The notes below the pieces were generated by a model. That model did no database searches, had not been told where the DNA came from, and was given only the letters and a program-made list of their open reading frames with translations. Positions 1 through 13,159 of a DNA stretch of 64,000 nucleotides are shown piece after piece. A program made the position numbers and the translations under genes. The stretch covers positions 208,940,001-209,004,000 of the forward strand of contig NC_067401.1 of assembly GCF_016432865.1 (NCBI RefSeq), written 5' to 3'. How positions within the stretch are numbered: the first letter of the stretch is position 1; every line of letters starts with the position of its first letter. The stretch comes from Antechinus flavipes. Its lineage: Eukaryota.

Positions 1-194
1 ATATTATGCTGCCTTCACGCTGGCATCTTTCTCATGCTGTTCACCTCCCTCCCAACAGAACCTTGGCTTCTGACCTGGAATATTGGAAATGATAGGTGAC
101 CTTTGGGGCTCACTTTGCCCAGAATTAGGGTTCTCCATCACTTCCCAGCCATTTCTAAATAAATAATAATAATAATAAAGCTCTCCTTTATATG

Positions 195-307
195 ATGTCT
201 TTCTCTACTACAATATAAGCTTCTTGAGGGCAGGGACTGTTTTGCTTGCTTTTATTTATATGTCTAGGACTTAGCCCAGCTCCTGGTTCAGATTAAGCTT
301 AATAAAT
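195..307 (+). mobile_element. L2 LINE 3' end fragment
   Basis: taagcttcttgagggcagggactgt...ttagcccagctcctgg...cttaataaat matches the L2 3' terminus. Confidence 0.8.
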
Positions 308-1479
308 TCTCCTCCTCCTCCCATCTTCTTCTCTTCCTTCTCCTCCATCTTTTCTTCCTTTTTCTCCTCCTCTTTTATCATTATTATCATTAATCATCAT
401 CTTTTTTCAATAAATTTCTGTTGAGTCTATGTCCTTTTGTCAGAATTCCTATGGCTATATCAGGATCCAAAATCTTAAAAACAAATGCCTGCATTTTTCT
501 GTTTTTCATTTTCTATATCTACTAGATACTGTTGGTGATTCTTACCATTTTCCTCAAACAGATGGTAATTGCAACAGCAACAGTAACAATAATGTTAGTA
601 TTTATATTGAGTTTTCCTTCCAATGAGCTTAAAGCATTTTTATAAACATTACTACATCAGTCCTTACAACATACCTTGGGGCAGGCACTAAAATATTTGT
701 TTTTACAGATGGTAAAAATTTCCACCCAGGGCAATGAGATTACTTTATATTGGCAAAGCACTTTCAGCTCTTCTTACAGATAGTGCCTAGGTATCTTTCA
801 CAACTTTAATTAGTTGCTAATGGAGAAAAGTGCAGTAGTGCCATAAGGTGATTAAATCAGAAAAACAAATGAGATAGTTTTGTTTTTAATTGGGAGGAAA
901 TGTCTATAAACTTGTTAAATTAAAAAAAAACCCAGCACTACTGATTCTACTTCTGTTCATGGTTAGGGACTCAATAGCTAAAGAGTGGAATGTGACATCA
1001 GATTGACACCATTTTCTTTCTACACACCTGTTAGTTTTTATGAAGTACAGAAAAAGCCCATGATCTTTATATTGCTTTATTCTTTTCAAATTACTTTCAT
1101 GTTTGTTACATTTTTTGATCTTCACCAAAAAACTTGTAGTATTATCAGTTATTATCAAGCCTGCTAGGCAGAAAAGGAAACCGAAGTTGGAATAACTGAC
1201 CTAAGGTTACACAGCTACTTAGATGTGAAGGTGAGAGCTGAACCATGTCTTCTAGTAGGTGCTGTTTTCACTAGAACACAGTCCCTGGTGAAGATGCTCA
1301 TGTACAGGAGAGATAGTATGCACTTCAAAAGGTTTTGTTTGGAGAAGTAAATGCCAAGCTATCTGGTTGGGTTTTGCTTTTTAAAAGTCCAGAGAATGAT
1401 AAGAGTTAGTGCTTTAGATAGTGTTTTAAGATTTGCAAAATGCTAAAAATTTACATTGTTGTCTCATTGAATTAAATCT

Positions 1480-1630
1480 TCATAAGAACCCTGGGCATAC
1501 GTGCTATCATGTTATAAATGAAAAAACTGAGGCAGATAGAATAATATGACTTGTCCAGGTCACATAGCAAATAATGCATAATTCGAGGTCTTGTTGACTC
1601 CCAAATCCAACAATCTATGTGTAGTGAACA
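1480..1630 (-). mobile_element. MIR/CORE-SINE
   Basis: aatgaaaaaactgaggcag...gacttgtccaggtcacatagc is the antisense CORE. Confidence 0.75.
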
Positions 1631-1955
1631 CTGTACTTCAAAGAGGAAGTGTAACAAAAATATAAGGCACAAGAAAAAGAATGTGTATAATTAAAGAGTT
1701 GTCAGAGGGCACAGAGCTTCTAGTGGAAGGCAGGTAAGGAGGATAAGGAAAATGCCAGAGTGAAGACAGTGTAGTTTGGGAGTAGCCACAAAATAATCTT
1801 TGCTATAGAAATCTAGAGAGAAGATAGCCAGAGAAGACTTCCTAGACCAGCAAAAATTGGAGTTTGATTCTTTGAATTTTTGCCTTTAATAATAGGATTC
1901 CAAAAAAGGGACCATGTTTCTTTCAAAAAAGGAAATGCACATGGGAATAGAAAAG

Positions 1956-2126
1956 TGGAAATGATTGCAGTGGATAGAGTGCTGGACCTGAAGTCAGGAA
2001 ATCCTGAATTCAAGTCTGGCTTCAAATGCTTATTGTGTGAGTCTGGGCAAGACACTTTCCCCTCCCCTCATCTAGAGTTGCAAAATGCTTTGCAAACTTT
2101 GAAACACTAATAAATGTTGGCTGTCG
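1956..2126 (+). mobile_element. MIR/CORE-SINE with (CAT)n tail
   Basis: tRNA-like head gtggatagagtgctggacctgaagtcagg...ttcaagtc and 3' tgctttgcaaactttgaaacact...aatgtt. Confidence 0.8.
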
Positions 2127-2159
<33 letters not shown>

Positions 2160-2169
2160 CCATCATCAT
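2127..2169. repeat. (TCA)n microsatellite
   Basis: About 14 units read directly, with one interruption. Confidence 0.97.
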
Positions 2170-2515
2170 TTTGTAATTAACCATCTGCCATTTGGAAAGT
2201 ATCTATCTGGCAATTGCCATCTTTCTCCCCAAAGATTAGACTCTCCTGTGCCTCCTTGTATAATGGATTCTGCCAGTCATTAAGACTTGCTTGATCTTGA
2301 TGTAGCCTGTTCATTGTGGTGAAAAGTAGAAACCTATAGATCAGAACTTTCGATTCTGTATGTCTCCAGTTTTTTTTTAATATAAGGGAAAATTTACATC
2401 AGTACAGTATGATTAGAAGTACAGTATAAGCATAAATGGTGATTCATATAGTAGAGAAAAAAATTAGATTTGGACTCTGAAAACAAGACAGAATTATCCA
2501 GATTCTAACTTAGTA

Positions 2516-3200
2516 TTCATTCATTCAACAAAGATTTAAGTCTTTACTCTGCTAAACTCTGGAGATATAAAACTAAAAATGAAACAGTTTCTACCCTCAA
2601 TGAGTTTACATGTATAGGGAGGGAGGAATATATCCATAGATAGATAAATACTACACATATCTTTGGTAAACACTTGGTATTTAATATTTGGCATATATGT
2701 ATATGTATATATACAATATTTGGTAATATGATACTTGGTAAAGAATTTCTGGGGTCAGGACCACCAAGAGAATGAAGTTTCATGTAGGAAGTGGTGCATG
2801 ATCTGAGCCTTGAAGGAACTAAAGAATTTTAAGAGGTAGGGGGTGAGAAGGGAAGATATCCTGGGTGTAAGAGATAACCTGTGAAAAAAAGAAGGACATA
2901 GAAGATGGAATATTATGTATCAGGAAGAGCAAGTCGGCAAATTTACAGAACAAAGAATGCATGAAGGGAAATAAGGTGCAATAGGTTTGTATATATAGGC
3001 CAGAGACAGACTGTGAAGGGCTTTCAGTGCTAAACAGAGGACTTTAATGTTTTTTCTCTCAGAGGCGACTGGGAGCCACTAAATTTTCTAAAGCAGGAAA
3101 TCTGTGCTTTAGGCAGATCGACTTGACAGCTGTGTAGAGAATGAGTTATAAAAAGGAGACACTTGAAACAGGGAGGTCAATTAGGGAAGCTATTGTATTG
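2516..3200 (-). mobile_element. L2 LINE fragment
   Basis: Starts ttcattcattcaacaaagattta; internal gagccttgaagga, gggagccact and ggaagctatt are typical antisense L2. Confidence 0.8.
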
Positions 3201-4269
3201 TGAGCTATGTGACCTTGCAGCACTTCTTTGAGCCTCAACTAACTCATCTGTTAAAATGGGGGTTCAATTGGATGGATATTTATTTTAGTTCAAAATTCTC
3301 AGATCTTATTAAGTATATTATCTATGTCAGAGAATTGGGAGGAAAGCATTTTCTAAAACTGTAAATCACTAAATAAATGTGTGTGCTAAATTATGTGCGT
3401 GCTTGGCAGTTAAAGCAGCATCTGAAAACTTAAAACAAAAATTACATAATTAGTATCTATTTTTCATAAGTGGTCCACATTTGTAGTTATTTTAAACTTT
3501 GATCCTTTGTTTGCTTGGTGCCCTACCTATGCTCAAAGGTTCTGTCTCTCTTCTGGTTCTACTATAACAAACCATAATAGGGTGACTAATTTTGTCATTG
3601 TTCTTTAAACTGAGTTTTCAGTTATAAAGATTACAAATCAAATTATGAATGTTCGTTATGCTCACCCTTCCTCATCTTTTCAAATAAAAAAAATCACAAG
3701 GCTCTTTTTTAGGAAAGTAGTTCTATGTGATTCTTGTATGTGCCATTATTTATTCAGCAATATTAAAAGCTACTTGTGATGGTTAATTTGGTGAACCCTT
3801 TTACCTAACTTCTTTTAGATGACGTAAGACTCTGGGAAATTGACTCTTTTCTCTCCTTTTTTGTCTCTTCTCTTTTCTCTCTTAAAGCCCAGTATTGAAT
3901 AAGTTCTATTCTTATTTTTAGAAAAGTACAGGTTGATACCAAAATCCAGAGTGTATAATCTGAGATGGTCCTTCTGTAGAACAGTGTTTTAAAAGATATT
4001 TTATTTTTCTTGAATTTGGAAATATGCCAGAAAATCTAGAAGATGTGGTTGACAATACTAAGAGGAAGGAGGAAAAGAGAGAGGGAGAGACAGAAAGCTA
4101 GAGACAGACATTTGGACAAACAGGGATGAACAGAAACAAACAGAAGTAGAGAGATTCTAAAGCACATTTCTGAATGCAACATAATTTCCAGACAAACAGC
4201 TCTTATAACATGAAAAAGATGAAGGAAATAGGAAACAAAAACATTTTACCAAAACTGACCAATATATCA

Positions 4270-4680
4270 ACTAAGCTCTGACAGTTGTGCAATGCTTCCC
4301 AATCATCATCCCTACCTCTACAGATTGGAAAGGGAAAAATGGTTCCCTCTTCATTTTTTTTCTTACAGGACAAACGATCATTACAGTTATGTGACATTCT
4401 TTCTTTTTGTGTGTATTTGTTCTTAACTGTTTTTTATTTGTGTAGCTTTCTGTATTCCTGATTTGGCTTATTTACATCAGATTAGACCTGCTTACAACTT
4501 ACTTACTACTACATGATTACTTAAATCTGCTTGGTGTCAGTTTATAGATGTCTTTGCATGCTTTAATTTTTATTTGCAATTATCATTTCTTAAGGCTCAG
4601 CAATACTTTATTAAAGTCATGGATAACATATCTCAGATTGCTTTTATAATTTCTTTATCAATGGGTATCTGAATAAATAA
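4270..4680 (-). mobile_element. Old L1 3' region fragment
   Basis: T-rich antisense L1-like tract (catttcttaaggctcagcaatactttatt...caatgggtatct); heavily diverged. Confidence 0.5.
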
Positions 4681-5792
4681 ACTTTAAAGAAAATTTGCGA
4701 AAAGAAAAAAAAGAATGTTTTTAATTTCAAATTTTAAAATTTGTCAGTTTGCATGATGAATTTTACTTTTATTTCCACATCATGAACTTTGAATAGTAAT
4801 GTCACTCATGTTATATCATTCATTTAAAATGTAGTAGTCTTTTCTATAACTATTTCAGTGGGAGTACACATAGACATTTTTATAAGCAAGGTCACGGCCT
4901 AAACAATGAGAAAAGTTTGTAATAAAAATTTCCAGCATTCAAATGCTTTGGAGGAAAATGTGAAAATTGTCTCTATTTTTCACTGATTTCTATAATCATG
5001 GAATTCAATCAATGTTTAAAGTGAATCAGGGTGCATATACAATTCCTGATTGTTGCTCCCTTTTTCAAAGCCTCAAAACCACTATGGATAATTTCCTCAA
5101 GATCCACTTTTAACATGTGTGGTATGCATTTAAAAAAGTAGACAGCCAAAACCCAGAATGCTCCTAACTTTTCCGAGCATTTCTACTTCAATAAAATGAA
5201 CTAGGAAACCCCAAATACTCACCCCATCCATGCTTCAAAGAGCCAATGGAGCCAAAATCTTTAAGAAGGGAAACTTAAAATGTTTTTGCAGTATCTTTTC
5301 TACTATGGTTTCATCTTCTGTCATCTTAATTCTATGCCACCCCCACTACCACCAACCTACTAACAATATCCGTATGAAAGAAATCAGACCTTTCCAACAA
5401 TGAAAAACACATTTAAGCTACTGCACACCACCACTGCCACTGGAAAAAAATGTATATTATTTTTCCAGTCAATCTCACTATAGCTGTGCTCTGGCCATGT
5501 GCAATTTTGACAGTCCTGTTTTCATTTACTAAATAATTAGTCAATCCACAAGCTCTAATCAATGGAACTGTCATTACTATTTAGAATGATGAGAAACTTA
5601 ACACCTTTCCATGTATGTTTTGTTGATGTATGAAATATTTTACTCAGAATATAGAGGTCCCATAAAGAGATCCCAAGAGTAGTATGACTAAATGAAATAG
5701 CAAATTGGCATAATTTTCTTTCCTTCTCTGTCCCCAGATGGTTTTGTGGCTTCCTTCAAACCTAAGATGTGTATAGAAAAGCCCCAGATTTC

Positions 5793-6030
5793 AGTTGAAT
5801 CAATCAATACTTATTGAAGGCCTACTATGATAGGCCCTGTGGGAATTATTAAGAAATGTGAGTTATACTCCTTTCCCTCAAAGAGCAATTTAGTCTAGTT
5901 GGGAAGCAAAGATATGTCTATGTGAAAAGATTATTTAAGACATAAATTAATAAGTGCCCCCAAAGGATACAAAGGAGACAAAGAGCTCACTGAATTTCCA
6001 GGTCAGAAGAAACTGCTTTCTGGAGGCTAA
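5793..6030 (-). mobile_element. L2 LINE 3' fragment
   Basis: aatcaatcaatacttattgaaggcctactatg...ccctcaaagag...tagtctagttggga. Confidence 0.8.
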
Positions 6031-6850
6031 GCCTTTTTTTGTAAACTTGGGTACCCTTTTGTGAGATACAGAGTCCGTTTCTTGGGATCATCGTTCCCTG
6101 GGTCTAGATTCATGCAATGTTAGTGGTCAGTGGAATTCAGTAAACTCAGATATAAATTGTAGGCAGAGCAACTCTTAAGTGCTAAAGATGCTATAACCTT
6201 TAGATAAGAAACAATTCCTGTCCTTATGGAGCGATATTTTAATAGAGATTCCACATTCTTTTCTCTTATCTGAAATAGGCTGCCATGTGAATAATTACTT
6301 TATGTTCCCTTTTATGATTGGGAAAATTAATGTGGATTTTAGAGAGAGAAAAGGCTTCCATAAAAACTTGGCTAATTTAGGTCATCTATTGTCAAGTAGT
6401 TTTCTTAGGAGTTACATTGATCTTTGATCCATGATTCCAATTTAATTGAATTACATGATGCTAATAATAAAATCATTATAGGCTATAGATTACAGAATCT
6501 AATCATGAATTAGGACAGAGGATGAAAGAAAACCACTTCTCAAGAAACTATTGGAAGCAGAAAGAACCTGGAACAACCATTATTTAGACGTGCATTCAGG
6601 TTCCTATGGGCTACCTCTATCTAGTAAATGTGTTCCTTTCTGTCCTGTTTAGTGCAAAAGTGGTAACATTTCCCATTTTGCTGTACTTCAGCTTCATTTG
6701 GAATATGCCCCATGTGAGCTCTCAATGAGGTCCTTTTTTTGGAGTGAAGTTTCTAGAGGAAGTGGCTCTAATGTTAAATACCTAGGTGCCATACCATGGT
6801 CCCTGCTGCACAAATCCATAGAACACTTAATAAAGAACAGCCAGTAGCTA

Positions 6851-7055
6851 ACAATTGTATAGTGCTTTAAGATTTTCAGAGTAATTTTACACACAATATC
6901 TCATTTGATCCTCACAAAAATCCTGTGATGTAGGTCCTATCTTCTCATTTTATAGATGAGGAAACAGACTAAGAGAAGTTGTGACATGTTTGGAGTCATG
7001 GAGCCAGTAGAAGCTTAAGATACAACAAGTTTAAGAATCCAATTCTTCTGGACTC
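6851..7055 (-). mobile_element. MIR
   Basis: tctcatttgatcctcacaa...cattttatagatgaggaaacaga. Confidence 0.85.
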
Positions 7056-7159
7056 ATTCATAGAACCTCAGGGTTGACATGGCCCTCCACAGCCACATAC
7101 TCCATAAATGAAAGAAGTCAGCATTATATGTGATAAGCCTCTATAAAAAAAAAGTCAGC

Positions 7160-7412
7160 ATTTATATTGCACTTCAAAGTTTACAAAGCATATATTACAT
7201 ATGTTTTCTCATTTGAACCTCCGATCATCCCTTTGCTAATATGATCCCCATTGAATTCCTCAGTTAGAGGAAACAAAAGTCAAGAGTATTCAAGCAACTT
7301 GTTCAGGATCACAAAGCTAGTGCATTTTTTGAATTTGAACTTTCAACTCAAAGATTTAAACTTAGGCTTTCTGACTTCAAGTCTAAAACTATTTATCCTA
7401 CTACCACTGTGC
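7160..7412 (-). mobile_element. MIR
   Basis: gcacttcaaagtttacaaagca...ctcatttgaacctc...gaggaaac...tctgacttcaagtc. Confidence 0.75.
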
Positions 7413-7444
7413 TAGCCCATGGTGATTGTTTCATTAACATCCGA

Positions 7445-7643
7445 CTATTTACATTCAGCCAAGGTCTCCCTCTGCATCGTCCAGATCTATAGCTGACCAC
7501 TGGACCCAGATGGTTCTGGAGGGGAAAGTGAGGCAGGTGACCTGGCCCAGCCCTCCCTCACTTAAATCCAGCTCACTTTTCACGTCATGTCATCCCCTCC
7601 CTGATGTCCTGGTCCTCTTCAAAAATGAAGTTCAAACAACAAC
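7445..7643 (+). mobile_element. Marsupial RTE-tailed SINE-like repeat (MdoRep1/RTESINE type)
   Basis: ccaaggtctccc...gaccactggacccagatgg...cacttaaatcca...ggtcctcttcaaaaatgaag...aacaacaaca. A second, inverted copy lies at 51441-51635. Confidence 0.7.
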
Positions 7644-8680
7644 ATTCAGTTAATTATAACCAAACCAACTTGACTATAGTAGAAGTAAGCTCTAGGAGAG
7701 TAGTCTTTGGGTCCTGTCCACTATAATACTTGGCATAATGTGGACACTTACAGAATGCTCATTGATTAATTAATTGACTCTTTATCTGCATTGCAGTTTA
7801 TACTAAGTAGAATATTCCCAGACTGATATCCTGATTAAAATTCATATGGGGGGGGGCAAATATTTTCTATTAATGATTCATTTCTTGAGAATTCTCTTCC
7901 TTTTCTGTTGATTACTGATTTTTTGTTTTAAAGTTATAGTATGGTTTAAGTATCTTTCCATTATTTAATAGAATTCTATCAATTTTATAAAATATAATAA
8001 ACTTAATATGTGCAAGGCACTCAGAGGGAAAAAAAAGAGATAGATTAGACAGAGACCTTGTTCCCAAAGATCTTGAAGACATATTAATATATGATACTTT
8101 TGGACTGGTGTTAATTTGGTCAGTGTAATATTGAAGTTAATTTTTGTTTTTAATAATTGGTGACAGTGCAAGACCTTGGTGTTGTATGTCAAATAAATTA
8201 AATGAATAAAGAGAAATAGAAATGTTTTTTATGAGTTAAAACATTCAGCAGAAACCAGTTTGGCAGCATAGTTAAACTGCATGGCTAGATTGTGTCCATT
8301 TTGGGGGGGGGTTGTTTTTAAGTTATTCCATGATTTTGCAGTATGTTTTTTATTTAAACATCCTCCTGGATTGTTAGAATCAAGAAAGATCTAGCATTTG
8401 GCCAGCATACAAGAACTAGATGCAAAATTGATTGTACATGGAAAATAAAAGAGAGCAGTATAATTCCTTGGCCCATCAAGTGAAAAGATACCAGAATCAG
8501 GCATTAAAAGTGGCAAATGATAAAAAGGGGGGTGGGGAGCAGGTAAAAACAAAATAGAGCACATTCAGATGAAAATTGAGAGAGAACAAGAAAGAAAAAT
8601 AGGAGGAGGAAGAGGGAGAGAGAAAAAAATTAGAAAATTAGGAAAAATGAGAGGGAAATGGGGGGAGAGAGGGAGGGAGG

Positions 8681-8682
<2 letters not shown>

Positions 8683-8726
<44 letters not shown>
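8683..8726. repeat. (GA)22 microsatellite
   Basis: Read directly. Confidence 0.98.
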
Positions 8727-8729
<3 letters not shown>

Positions 8730-9118
8730 AAGCACATGCTTGGATTTCCTTCTGTTCTGTCGGGTACGCCCTCCCGTCTTCAGTTCTGTTCTGCAGGCCA
8801 CACACACAGGGTAGGGCTGTCCATCATACAACCCAGATGCCCAGCTGCAGAAGACATTCTTTCAGCAGTATCAGTCGGTTCCTTGGCAAGGCTTTCAGGC
8901 AGTCGCAAGAAAATAGTCCTGGAACAGCTTTTGGGTCTGTCTTGTGGTTATACTGTTGCCGGCTTGTATCTAGTTTCTGATCTGACCTTGTGAGCCTGGA
9001 CACTGTTTACTTTTAATTTACTTTTTTTTTTTTGATCTGAAGAGATTTGTGATTTTGATTCAACTCTATAGAAACCTTGTGAACACCTAAAGAAATTTAC
9101 ATAGAGTTTCTCCTTCCC

Positions 9119-9258
9119 NNNNNNNNNNNNNNNNNNNNNNNNNNNNNNNNNNNNNNNNNNNNNNNNNNNNNNNNNNNNNNNNNNNNNNNNNNNNNNNNNN
9201 NNNNNNNNNNNNNNNNNNNNNNNNNNNNNNNNNNNNNNNNNNNNNNNNNNNNNNNNNN
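9119..9258. other. N-run (140 nt)
   Basis: Flanked on both sides by CT-rich sequence. Confidence 0.99.
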
Positions 9259-12200
9259 TTTCTTCCTCCCTTCTTCTCCCAATAAGGTTAGAGAAAGAAG
9301 AAACATCTACTATTTTGTAATGCTTGCAAGCATTTTAGCAAAATAAAGAAAGTGGGTTTATTTTCAAACTTAATTCGTTTTAATAAACTGAAAACGAGAA
9401 TCTATTCATTTCATAAACCAGTTACTGTAATAAAAATCAAATAGATATAAGGGGCAATCTGGCAACGAGTCAGTGCTGGCCATTCTTAAGAGGATATTAT
9501 CTAGCTTGAAGGGTGATCTCCTTGGAAAATGTTTTTTAATTTCTGTATTCCTTGATTTAAAGCTATATTATTATAGCATTCATATTGTTGAGCTCCTGAA
9601 CTGAAAAGAACCCCCCCCCCTTCTCTTGATTACTTCAAGGTTAGCCATTGAATGTTGCTTAAATTTCACACAAGGGAGTGGTTTGAAATCCACATTCCAA
9701 GCCCCCCCCCCCCTTTTGTGGGTGGATTATGCTCAAGTTCTACTACCAGGATGTGAACCCTGAGGATGTCATTTGCCAGCACTGTTGCAGGATTTGAGAT
9801 GATGACTTTTTAGTAGTTAGAGGGTTTTCTAAGTTTGCTCTGATGTGTGGCTGATCCTCAGGTGACACTTATTCTGAAATCTGCTGAACCCCTCTCTCCT
9901 CTTTGACTGACCCCTTCAGGAAAATTAACATGTGGAAACCAAAGAAATGCCTTATACAGTGTGACAGGTGCTAATCTTGGAGGAAATTCACCTGATATAC
10001 CACCCATTAAGGGTATGGTGCTTGAAAATGGCTGATTGTCTCTTTGAAGGTGTCAGCGGGCATGTGCAGACCACACAGAATGGATTCCACTGAAAGCAAT
10101 AGAGTGAAATTGTCTGCATAATTATTTTCATTGGATTGAGAATCAGCAGTCCTCTCTTGGTTCAGGAAATAAACCTCTGTTAAAACCATATGGCACTATT
10201 CTCAGAAGAGATGTTATTACAGGGCCACTTCCCTCTGAAATCTTGAGTCAAGAATTCTTGAAAGGAGTCACATATGGGCAAAAATGAATATGAAGTTTTC
10301 ATTTCTGGGAGTAGTGTGAAAGTCTGACGTTCTTCTGTCCTTTGTATAAATGTCATCAGGGTCCTTTATGTGGTGAGAAGAACTGAGCAATGACACACCC
10401 ATTTAAGGTTCAGAGATTTCTCTGCATTTCTAGGTGGGTGGAGGTATCTTTTTCCTTAAAGGAAAAAAAAAAAAGTATTCCTCCAAACCAGTAAGAAACA
10501 TGTAATTTGTCAAAACTACAAACACATTTTAAGGTCAGGGTAACTATATCCTGTCTGTCAACTCCTTATGCAGATTTAGTTGGTTCTGCTGTGTGTCCCC
10601 CCTACCCCCTTCACTGCCCAGTCTAATTGTCTTGTAAGGTTGCTTCCTGAGCCACTTAATTCTTAATGAGTTTCTTTTAGAAGGAAGGATAAGGCGATTA
10701 CTTATTTTTAGGAATTTATGTGACAGTTGGATCTTTTGGGGAGGAATCAAGCTATGTCTATTTAATAAATCAGCCTGAACACCTGGTTTCTAGTTCTGCT
10801 ATTAATTAGCAATGTGGTAAGGTACTTGCTTCTCTCTTGGGGAAGCCAATTTACTCACCTGTAAAATGGTCTAGTTTGGATGGAGTAGATCACAGGATTT
10901 AAAGCTGGAAGAAATTACTTTAGTAATTATCTCAGGTAAAATCCCTATCACCAGAGCATCCATGTATAACTTGGGTATATGGTTCTTAAAATAAATATAA
11001 CCAAAGTAGGGCCCATTAGAGAGGAAGCTGGAAGATGACCCATATCTGCTGATAGGGATTTACCTGGAGTGAATATATTGGCTCACTTGTCTTCCCTAGA
11101 GCTAGTAGAGTGGCCCAGTTTCCAGGTGAGGAAATGGAGGCTCAGAAAGTTGCCTCAATATCAAACAGCTAATAGGTGTGAGAGCTGTCACTTGTACCCA
11201 TGTCTCTTGATAACATGATGTTTAAGGCCTCTTTGAACTCTAAGGATTTATGATCCAAAACCCCAAAGGATTTTGGACTTCTCAACAATATGGGAAATTC
11301 CTGGTGAGGGAATTCTTTCTATCTGCACAGGTTGCAACTGATCCAGCTGTGATCTGGTAGAGAAGTCCTCTGGAGTTATCTAAAAGAGGCTAAATTGACC
11401 AAAGCCATACATCTGAACTCCCAAACTCAGCTCTTTATAGGCTATATCATGTTTACTTTGTCATATGTAATATATTTATACATATGCATATAATAGATCA
11501 TAAATGTATTGTTAATAAAAAAGGAAAAAGATTGAGAATTAGCTCATGATTAAGCTTTTTTCATAAGAATTTAAGATTAATTGTTGGTCTTGATTTTTGC
11601 TTTATGTTTTAATTTAGTAGTAGCAGTGTTACACATTTAATCTCGTGTATCAAATGATATGTTTGTCTTTGTCATCATAGAGCTGATCTTAGTTTTGAGG
11701 ATAGGGTTCCTGTTTAGTCTCTACTATGGAAAGAAAACAAATGGACCATTGATATATATTCACCTCTATTATTAAATCTGGAATCCCATCAGAATTTTTT
11801 GTGCCCAGTCTGGCTGGCACTAATGCCATTAGGCTAAAACATCTATTTTTCATGCCAGATACACAGTGGGTGCTTAATAAATACTAAATCCTTCACTTGC
11901 TTTTTACATCCAAGAGAAAGATAACAAGAAATCCTTCTGAATGTTGGTGCAAGAGAAAATCTTTCTCAGTTTCTTTCCTGAATTGCCCCTTTTGTCAAGG
12001 TGTACACCAAAAGAGATCGAATTGTTCCTTGGCTGCCAGCAGCAGCCTGGCTGAGGAGTTTGGCTGTTTTGCTTCCTCCTGAGGAACACAGGTGAGCCAA
12101 CATGTGCACCACAATATTCCAAATGGGTCTCCTCCCTTAAGAGTCTGTGCCCTGGCTGTGCTTTGTTGGAAGGACTGTGTTCCCTCCTAGGTTTTACATG

Positions 12201-12555
12201 GATATGGTAGCCGGGTACATTGAATGTAGGATGGGGGGACGTAAAGGATAGAGTGGGAATTAGTCACTCTTCCCTTTTTATCCCAACTCATAACCTTGAA
12301 GTTTCCTACATAAATATAGCAAATTTCTGTTCTGCTGCACCCTGCAGTGAAATCTGCAGTTATAGGTGAATGTGATATAAACGCTGTGGCTGCTGCTGAA
12401 ATTGCTATGAGCTCAGACATATAGATTTTTTTTATGTATTTTGCAAAGAATTGAACCCCGTAATTCAGAGCACTATAGCAATTTAAATTAAAAGGGCTTT
12501 AGTGGGGAATTCAGAATGAGAGCATTATAGAAAATATTTCCATGTAAGAGCACTG

Positions 12556-12835
12556 TAGTGAGGCACTAGCACAGTGGATAGAACTCTGGACTTGGACTTA
12601 GAAGAATGATGTCTGAATCCTGCTTCAGACAGTTACTGATTCTGCTAATTATTGACCCAGACAAGATGTGACCCAGGGCAAATCACTTAATCTTATTGAT
12701 ATGAGTCTCAGTTTAACCCTCAGCTTTAAATGAGGGTAATAATACCACCGGTTTCACAAAGTTGTTGTGAAGATCAAATGAGATAATGTATGTAAAGAAT
12801 TTTCAAACCTTAAGGATATAAATGTGAACTGTTAT
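12556..12835 (+). mobile_element. Near-complete MIR
   Basis: Head cacagtggatagaactctggacttgga, CORE gtgacccagggcaaatcacttaa, tail gttgtgaagatcaaatgagataatgtatgtaaag. Confidence 0.85.
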
Positions 12836-13159
12836 AGATTGGAATTCAGTGTCTTAGCCCCATAGATGGATATTTGGAATAGAAGTGTTATAGAATGAAA
12901 TAGTATTTCCAAATAAATGTTTATCAAATACCTACTATAATATATATGGAATTCAAGCTAGGACTTCCCTTTGTTGGATGTTTGCAAATTTCATTTTCTG
13001 GATGGATTTAACGAAGTTATGTCTCTATATCACTGTTTCACATCTCATAATATTCTTCATCTTGCCACTATTTAGATATCTTCCTATTTCAATTTAACTT
13101 TTTCTTAAGAACATAAATTCAGTCTTTATTTGGAAACCATAAGTTTTTGTTGTTTGTAT

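Noticed and set aside
1956-2030. tRNA-like sequences (also at 12556, 27175 and 44341)
   Set aside because: These are tRNA-derived SINE heads with A/B-box remnants, not tRNA genes; no cloverleaf was seen.
8658-8993. 111-aa ORF beginning MGGEREGGGERERER
   Set aside because: It starts in a GA microsatellite, has no recognisable homology, and ORFs of this size are expected by chance.
11113-11135. AG|GTGAGG recursive-site-like motif
   Set aside because: It is a mutated MIR core (ttttacagatgaggaaactgagg) with a very short pyrimidine tract.
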